The notes under the pieces are model-generated. The model was given only the letters and a program-made list of their open reading frames with translations. It was not told the DNA's origin and searched no databases. This document shows, piece by piece, positions 58,036 through 64,000 of a stretch of DNA of 64,000 nt (its first letter is position 1; each line of letters begins with the position of its first letter). A program made the position numbers and the translations under genes. Location: assembly GCA_049517415.1 (NCBI GenBank), contig JBEKSC010000007.1:29887-93886 (forward strand), in the 5' to 3' direction. This DNA comes from Candidatus Bathyarchaeia archaeon. Lineage in GTDB: Archaea; Thermoproteota; Bathyarchaeia; 40CM-2-53-6.

Positions 58036-58506
58036 TCATTTATCAGCGATTTTGGCCGATCTTATCGTCACTCCTTCGAGAGGCCGATCATGATCGTCTG
58101 TCCGCACTTTGCCGATTGATTGCAGGACATCCATGCCCTCGATGACTTTACCGAATATAGTGTGTTTTCCGTCGAGCCATGGTGTGGGGGCCAGCGTGAT
58201 GAAGAATTGTGAGCCGCCGGTGTTTGGGCCAGCATTTGCCATTGATAGAATCCCTGGCATGCTATGTTTCAAACTTGCAACAAACTCGTCTTTGATGACA
58301 TATCCCGGACCTCCAGTTCCATCACCAATCGGGCAACCGCCTTGAATCATGAACCCGGCAATAACACGGTGGAACATCAAGCCATCATAGAAGCCATCTC
58401 TGCAAAGTTTCATGAAATTCTGAACTGTGATTGGCGCTTCGTTGACGAACAACTCTAACTCAATGATGCCCATACTTGTGTCAAGAACCGCTACGGGATT
58501 TGTCAG
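58036..58506 (-). CDS. Cyclophilin-type peptidyl-prolyl isomerase
   Basis: [39 protein letters not shown]; extended to CTG 58506. Confidence 0.93.
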   Translation of the reverse strand: MTNPVAVLDTSMGIIELELFVNEAPITVQNFMKLCRDGFYDGLMFHRVIAGFMIQGGCPIGDGTGGPGYVIKDEFVASLKHSMPGILSMANAGPNTGGSQFFITLAPTPWLDGKHTIFGKVIEGMDVLQSIGKVRTDDHDRPLEGVTIRSAKIADK

Positions 58507-58590
58507 GTCAAATCACGCTCGTCCTCCCTGGGGATACCGTTGTCTATAAGAAGAATAGCATCACGTGGAATCAGCACTGGTCGGAGCGAG

Positions 58591-58707
58591 TGGAGCCTCG
58601 GGCGGGGTTCGAACCCGCGACCTGCCGCTTTCTTGAGGCCAAGTTTACAAGGCGGCTGCTCGCCAGTGCCCGATATATGGGCATCTGCCAGGCTGAGCCA
58701 CCGAGGC
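58591..58707 (-). tRNA. tRNA-Thr(TGT) with two introns (D-arm ~58661-58684; canonical 37/38 58630-58645)
   Basis: GCCTCGG/CCGAGGC acceptor, GCCGC/GCGGC anticodon stem, CTTG/CAAG BHB helix, CCA encoded. Confidence 0.9.
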
Positions 58708-58758
58708 GCCGGCCGATTATCGTCGGACGTGCTTAAAATTCTCGCTTAGATTAGCCTG

Positions 58759-59982
58759 CTACTTGTTTTTGTGGCGCTTGGCTGCGTCCACTAACGCCTC
58801 GATTGCCGGAAGCTCTTCTCCGGCCAATAGAGAGAGCATTGCTCCCCCAGCGGTACTGACATGCGTTAGCTTATCCGAAATGCCGAGTATACCCGCGTAA
58901 CCTGAAAGATGCCCCCCGCCTATCACGGTGAAAGCATCTGAGTTGCCCATTGATTCTAGCACGGTCTTCGTTCCAGTTTCAAAGCCGTCTTCCTCGAAGA
59001 CGCCCATCGGCCCGGAAGCCACCACAGTTCGTGATTTGCTAATTATCTCTGAGAATTTTTCAGCCGTTTTCGTCCCTATATCAAGTGCTCTCCCGGCGCG
59101 TCGCAACCTCGTGACTGGTGTGTTAGCACGTTTACCGTCAATGATGGTTCCGAAATCGCTAGGGAGAACGATGCGTTTTCGAAATTTCGAAATGATTCGG
59201 TTCGCTTTCAAGACTTCGTCGGTAAGATTTTCCAGTTCCGCCTCGTCTGACTGGCCAAACTTCCTGTCAGCAGCCTTTAGGAATACCTTCGCAACGTTTC
59301 CTCCTACAAGAACATGGTCAGCTTTTCCGCTCGAGAGGATGTTCTCGATGACAGGCACTTTGTCCTCAACTTTTGCCCCACCTAGAATATAGGTGCTCGG
59401 CCGGTCAGGCTCAACCAATAACCGCTTGAGCGCGACAAGCTCTCTCTCCATCAGTTTCCCGGCTGCTGAAGGAAGTAGGAATGGGAATCCTACGAGTGAT
59501 GCCTGCGACCTGTGGGAAGCTGCGAAAGCGTCATTCACGTATAAATCAAAGAGAGGGGCCAATCTCGATACAAGGTTTGTTCTGGCAAGCTTCTCGCCAC
59601 TAGCTTCCAAGTTTTCCTCAGCGCAGAACCGAACATTATCCAACACCAAAACCTCTCCGCTTCTGACCTCTCTGATTGCCTGGCGAGCAGCAGGCCCCAT
59701 AACATCCTCAACGAACCGAACTGATTGCGAACAGTTATTTTGCAGAAGGGTCGCATGCTCCTGAAGTGACGTGAAATCATCCCTCCCCGGACGGCTTTGG
59801 TGCGAGAGAACGGTCACCTTGGCCCCTGCCAACGCGTCAAGTGTGGGTGTGGCGGCTATGATCCGGCCTTCATCTAGAATGTTCTTGGTGTTGGGATCTA
59901 AGGGCACGTTGATGTCCAACCTTAGCAGTACGTGCCTGTCCCGCAGCTCGAAGTCGTCGAGGGTTAGGTAGTCGAACACCAT
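58759..59982 (-). CDS. pgk: Phosphoglycerate kinase
   Basis: RLDINVP, SHQSRP, NVRF, NDAFAASHR, GGAKV, GPMGVFE, STAGGA. Confidence 0.96.
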   Translation of the reverse strand: MVFDYLTLDDFELRDRHVLLRLDINVPLDPNTKNILDEGRIIAATPTLDALAGAKVTVLSHQSRPGRDDFTSLQEHATLLQNNCSQSVRFVEDVMGPAARQAIREVRSGEVLVLDNVRFCAEENLEASGEKLARTNLVSRLAPLFDLYVNDAFAASHRSQASLVGFPFLLPSAAGKLMERELVALKRLLVEPDRPSTYILGGAKVEDKVPVIENILSSGKADHVLVGGNVAKVFLKAADRKFGQSDEAELENLTDEVLKANRIISKFRKRIVLPSDFGTIIDGKRANTPVTRLRRAGRALDIGTKTAEKFSEIISKSRTVVASGPMGVFEEDGFETGTKTVLESMGNSDAFTVIGGGHLSGYAGILGISDKLTHVSTAGGAMLSLLAGEELPAIEALVDAAKRHKNK

Positions 59983-60099
59983 GCGCGCTGCGTCCAACCT
60001 ACGAACTCAAACATGCTGCCTATTCATTTAACGTCTTGCAAGGCGCAGAAGATACGGATAGAGAACGTTTTTACATCAATCGCTTGGTTTCTGCGCTGG

Positions 60100-60209
60100 G
60101 CCGGGGTGGCTCAGCTGGTAGAGCGCCAGCCAGGCTAAAGGGACGAAACTCATAATCTGGAGAGCATTGGGCCCAGAAGCCGCGGGTTCGAACCCCGCTC
60201 CCGGCACCA
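60100..60209 (+). tRNA. Elongator tRNA-Met(CAT) with two non-canonical introns (60130-60147 at 30/31; 60163-60178 at 45/46)
   Basis: Removing both gives a CCAGA/TCTGG stem, CTCATAA loop and AGGCC variable loop; BHB-like motifs at both. Confidence 0.88.
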
Positions 60210-60449
60210 CTTCTACTGGTTCACATAGTCAACCAGTGTATAACATATGCTAGACAAGAACTGACGCAGGCTAATCGGGAATTCGTTTAGGAAACATTTG
60301 CGATTCACGCCTTGTCCGCCTTTCGAAGCGGATTTTGGGTTGCTCCGCCAGCACTTTTGGCACCGTTTGGCACCACCCCTCAAGGGGTGGATCCACCCTC
60401 TTCCTCCGGGCAGTGGAAACGAGGACTAGACGCAATTGAGGGCAAAAGG

Positions 60450-61142
60450 CTACTCCAATAGGTCAACTCTTCCATTCTGCCGGCCCACATAGACGACATC
60501 AACCATATTCAAGAACAGTCCAGTCTCGATTAGGCCTGGTACCGCCTTCAACCGCCGTTCGAGCCGCGCCGCATTTTCAATCCGTCCGAAATCAGCATCT
60601 AGGATGAAATTTCCATTGTCCGTTATCACCGGTCCAACCTTCCCCGAGCCTTCGCGTAACTTTGCTCTTCCCCCCATTTTGGTTACACGAATCTGGACAG
60701 ACCTCTGTGCCATTGGCAAGATCTCTAATGGAACAGCTTGTCGGCCGCCTAAGTGTTTGGAAAGTTTGGTTTCATCTACCACTATGGCTAGCCTTCGTGC
60801 AGCAGAATCGACTATCTTCTCCCTCAGCAAGGCTGCCCCTCCACCTTTGATTAAGTTGAGCGATGGCAACTGTACTTGGTCAGCTCCATCGATCGCAAAA
60901 TCGATTACGACTGCTTCGTTGAGGCTACGGACATTAAGCCCGTGAGATATGGCTAGGTTTTCAATTTGGTGGGACGTTGGGACAACGGATAACTGAAGTT
61001 TCCTCGCCTTATTTGCCCTTCCGAGTTCGACGACCGCATAGGCCATTGTGGAACCGCTCCCGACGCCGATTACCCAACCGCTCTTTATGGGCGCCAATGC
61101 TTTGAGGACGGCCTTGCTCTTAGCGCCCTCAACCCAAGACAA
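60450..61142 (-). CDS. rpiA: Ribose-5-phosphate isomerase A
   Basis: GVGSGST, DGADQ, KGGGAALLREK, TDNGNFILD. Confidence 0.96.
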   Translation of the reverse strand: MSWVEGAKSKAVLKALAPIKSGWVIGVGSGSTMAYAVVELGRANKARKLQLSVVPTSHQIENLAISHGLNVRSLNEAVVIDFAIDGADQVQLPSLNLIKGGGAALLREKIVDSAARRLAIVVDETKLSKHLGGRQAVPLEILPMAQRSVQIRVTKMGGRAKLREGSGKVGPVITDNGNFILDADFGRIENAARLERRLKAVPGLIETGLFLNMVDVVYVGRQNGRVDLLE

Positions 61143-61144
61143 GC

Positions 61145-61786
61145 TTATCCTTCCGTTTCAATCTGTTCGAGTCGATCCATGGCTTGGAGAATTTCTTCGC
61201 GGATTTTGTCAATTCGCTTTTCCGCGTCGGTGAGTTGTTCATCGTCCTTCTGCTTTCCCTGCGGGTCCTGGCTTGGCTGCCCCTCTCGACTTTCTCCAGA
61301 AATCTTCTTCTCGGTTTGCCCCTGAGTTAGGCGCATTGGAGTTTCCGATCGTGAAGGGGAGCCGGATTTTAGGTCTTTGAGTTTAGCGTCTATCTCAGCA
61401 AGTCTGGCCTTGTAATTCTTGATGACATCTTCCCTCTCAATCTCCAAATCATAGAGGTCCACCACATCCTGGTTTTCATTGATAGCCTTCTCAAGCCGCT
61501 TCAGATCCACCTTATACTTCTCCAGCAGTCGATCCCTTTCGGCTTCGGTGATGATTCCTTTCGTTTGGGATTCGTAGATGGTGCTTACAGCGGACCCGAG
61601 TATCTGCCGTTCGAGCTTTAGTACCTTCAAAGTCTCTCTCGCATGGTTCACGTCTTCGAGTGAAGTGGAGCGAAGCGTTTCCAAAGTCGATGCGGGCAGG
61701 TTGGGTAGGGGGATTATCCGTTCAGGTTCAGAGGTTTGGGAATCCTTTTTCCTCCAAAACGCGATAAGCGTGGCCAAACTGACCAA
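61145..61786 (-). CDS. Hypothetical coiled-coil protein
   Basis: 213-aa charged helical ORF coupled to rpiA. Confidence 0.75.
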   Translation of the reverse strand: MVSLATLIAFWRKKDSQTSEPERIIPLPNLPASTLETLRSTSLEDVNHARETLKVLKLERQILGSAVSTIYESQTKGIITEAERDRLLEKYKVDLKRLEKAINENQDVVDLYDLEIEREDVIKNYKARLAEIDAKLKDLKSGSPSRSETPMRLTQGQTEKKISGESREGQPSQDPQGKQKDDEQLTDAEKRIDKIREEILQAMDRLEQIETEG

Positions 61787-62027
61787 GATCTGCCCCTGAA
61801 TTACGCTGGTTATCTTTGGTTGAGCGTATTAATGCTTCGTGAATTGCCATGGTCATTCTTAGCCTAACGAGATCGGTTTCTGACGGTTAGAACCTAGACT
61901 CTAATCGTTAGTTTCAGAGTCATTGATTGAAAAATCATATCATGCCCTCGCGCTTCCTTTGCGCGAACATGAAGCCTTTTACCATCCCCTGCACCAAAGG
62001 CGGCCAACTACGGAGGATATAAAACGA

Positions 62028-62477
62028 ATGCATCTTGAAGGATCATTCGAAACTCCAGCTGCTCGAAAGACCGTGTGGGATTTCCTCTTTAACCCCAAGG
62101 ATATCGCAGCGTGCTTCCCCGACCTGCAATCGATGCAGGAACTCTCTCCAGATAACTTCAAGGCCAAGATCAGAGTGGGCTTATCTCTAGTAAAGGGAAC
62201 CATGGATTTCGATTTTCGAACCACCGATAAGGTCCCGCCCAGTTCGGCGAAGCTCATCGGTACCGGTCGTGGGGTGGGTAGCACAATCGAAATCCAGACA
62301 GGGTTCACCATTCAAGAAGCAGCGACTGGAAGTAAGATTGACTGGGTCGCTGACGTGAATGTTGGAGGCATTATGGCGGGGCTTGGGACAAAACTTCTAG
62401 ATTCCACTTCCAGCAAGATGGTTGAACAAGTTATCGAGAACCTCAAGAACAAGCTGAAAGAAAAGACAACCGCCTAG
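62028..62477 (+). CDS. CoxG/SRPBCC family protein
   Basis: VWDFL.NP..IA.CFP; GGAGGA upstream of ATG. Confidence 0.85.
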   Translation: MHLEGSFETPAARKTVWDFLFNPKDIAACFPDLQSMQELSPDNFKAKIRVGLSLVKGTMDFDFRTTDKVPPSSAKLIGTGRGVGSTIEIQTGFTIQEAATGSKIDWVADVNVGGIMAGLGTKLLDSTSSKMVEQVIENLKNKLKEKTTA

Positions 62478-62483
62478 GCTCTT

Positions 62484-63713
62484 TCAGCTGTAAGCTTCGA
62501 AACCTTTCCCCAGAATCAACGAAGCAATCTTAAGCTCCATTATCTCGTCCGTTCCCTCGTAGATTCTTGCCACCCGGGCATCGCACAAGTGCCTAGCAAC
62601 CGGAGAAAGTAGGGAATAGCCGAAGCCCCCGAACACCTGAACAGCTATGTCGGCGCTCTCGTACGCTAATCTGGACGCAATGCGCTTTGCGATAGCAGAT
62701 TGAAGGTCAACCCTGTTTCTTAGCTCGAGGTCGCTAGGCTTCGTGTCTAGTTTGGCTTTCTCTGCAGCCGCGTAATAAGTCGGCCATCTTGCCATCTCTA
62801 AGTTCATAGCAATGTTTGCGAGGTGGCGTTGAATTAATTGGTGCTTGCCAATCGGTTTGCCATGCTGCACACGGGACTTGGCCCTTTCCGTTACCGAGTT
62901 CAAGCAGTCTCCTATGATGCCGACGCATCCCGCCCCTATCCCGATCCTCCCGTTCAACAGCGCCGAGTACGCAACATGCAAACCCTTCCCGGGCTCTCCG
63001 AGCAGGTTCTCCTTAGGGACGCGCACATCAGAAAGTTCAAGCATCGCCGTATCCGATGTGAAGAGCCCGATCTTCTCATCCAAGTGCATGGCAACAGAGA
63101 AACCCTCAGACTTCGAATCGACGACAAAAGCCGACATGCCCTGCCTCTTGCCCTTCGGATAAGCAAAAATGATCAGTGCGTCAGCGACGGACCCGTTTGA
63201 TATCAGGTACTTCGTACCGCTGAGAACATACCTGCCATCACGATCCTCGTAACTCGTCTTTATTGAGGTTGGTTCACTTCCGGCTTCAGGCTCCGTCAAA
63301 CCATAAGCTAGAACCTTCTCTCCTTTAGCTGCCGGGGTAAGGTATTCCGCTTTCAAATGTTCGTTGCCCCATTGTTGAATCGCTAACGAAGCTAGCAGGC
63401 AATGGACATCGACGAAGGTAACCACGCTCAACCCAAGCTGCCCGAATCGTTCAAGTGCTAGTGCCCAGGTCAGCGAGTCTGCCCCGACTCCTCCATATTC
63501 GGGGGAAACTGTCAGGCCCATGAGATTGTATTTCTTTAACGTCGTACGAGTCTCAGGATTGTACTTGCGCGCTAGGTAGTGCTCGAACTCAGGAAGGTAG
63601 AGTTCCTTGCAGGCTTCGTCCACTCGTTCAAGAATCCCCCGTTGCTGATCGCTTAACTCGCGCAGGCGACTGGCTAGCTGAACCGATTCCGAGAACGAGC
63701 CTTCCAATCCCAA
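62484..63713 (-). CDS. Acyl-CoA dehydrogenase
   Basis: YGLTEPEAGS, G.K.LISNG, R.Q.GKPI, QVFGGFGY, IYEGTDEI. Confidence 0.94.
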   Translation of the reverse strand: MGLEGSFSESVQLASRLRELSDQQRGILERVDEACKELYLPEFEHYLARKYNPETRTTLKKYNLMGLTVSPEYGGVGADSLTWALALERFGQLGLSVVTFVDVHCLLASLAIQQWGNEHLKAEYLTPAAKGEKVLAYGLTEPEAGSEPTSIKTSYEDRDGRYVLSGTKYLISNGSVADALIIFAYPKGKRQGMSAFVVDSKSEGFSVAMHLDEKIGLFTSDTAMLELSDVRVPKENLLGEPGKGLHVAYSALLNGRIGIGAGCVGIIGDCLNSVTERAKSRVQHGKPIGKHQLIQRHLANIAMNLEMARWPTYYAAAEKAKLDTKPSDLELRNRVDLQSAIAKRIASRLAYESADIAVQVFGGFGYSLLSPVARHLCDARVARIYEGTDEIMELKIASLILGKGFEAYS

Positions 63714-63831
63714 CCTTCCTTGGAACTGTGAATTTCCATTTGCCCCTTTTCAAACCTCCGGCCGTCACTTGCCCTCCCAGGCTGGTAAGCTTCGTACATA
63801 TTCATATCCCATGACCTAGGGGTTGGTAGCA

Positions 63832-64000
63832 ATGCGCTTCGTTTACTTTGGCATCCGTGTAAGGAACATGAATCAATCACTACGTTTCTACACCAGAGTC
63901 TTGGGCATGAAGGTAATCCATAAGGGAACGATGCTTCACGGAGGCACCTTTGGCCACTTAAGGCAGCCCGGTTCAGCACAGAGGCTAGAATTGAACTACT
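63832..64000 (+). CDS. VOC/glyoxalase family protein (runs off window)
   Basis: MRFVYFGIRVRNMNQSLRFYTRVLGMK..RLELNY. Confidence 0.85.
   Translation, partial: MRFVYFGIRVRNMNQSLRFYTRVLGMKVIHKGTMLHGGTFGHLRQPGSAQRLELNY

Noticed and set aside
58476..58749. ORFs 58476-58736 and 58540-58749
   Set aside because: Antisense shadows of tRNA-Thr.
737..63979. Many 60-180 aa ORFs nested in or antisense to confident genes
   Set aside because: Shadow ORFs with no motifs, overlapping well-supported CDSs.
1..64000. CRISPR array, cas genes, rRNA, reverse transcriptase
   Set aside because: No regularly spaced repeat-spacer pattern or recognisable motifs seen.

Overview
Archaeal chromosomal window. TACK/Thermoproteota, probably Bathyarchaeia-like; this is inferred from BHB-intron tRNAs, archaeal PhoU/Lrp/integrase types and frequent TTG/GTG starts. 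It opens with a ~7.5 kb decayed island at the 3' end of tRNA-Leu (28-bp att duplication, 18-45 and 7566-7593) carrying an M6 metalloprotease and surface proteins. Next come ion and nutrient transport genes (CDF, Nramp, NitT/TauT ABC, kdpABC, PhoU) and mixed metabolic genes. A 3313-bp IS6-like cargo transposon (27888-31200, 8-bp TSD TGTAACAT, bipartite ends) sits just upstream of an A1-type heme-copper oxidase cluster with a split subunit II. Further on are three intron-containing tRNAs (Pro with 1 non-canonical intron; Thr and Met with 2 each). A BlaI/BlaR(M56)-like module has a candidate operator, AACTAT-N5-GTAGTT, found three times: at blaI, at a MacB-type ABC exporter and at a C2H2 zinc-finger gene. 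An AbiV defence pocket is bracketed by two decayed copies of a TauE-like 3' end, and the window closes with housekeeping genes (ppi, pgk, rpiA, acyl-CoA dehydrogenase). No CRISPR array or rRNA was seen. All calls were made by eye, without database searches.
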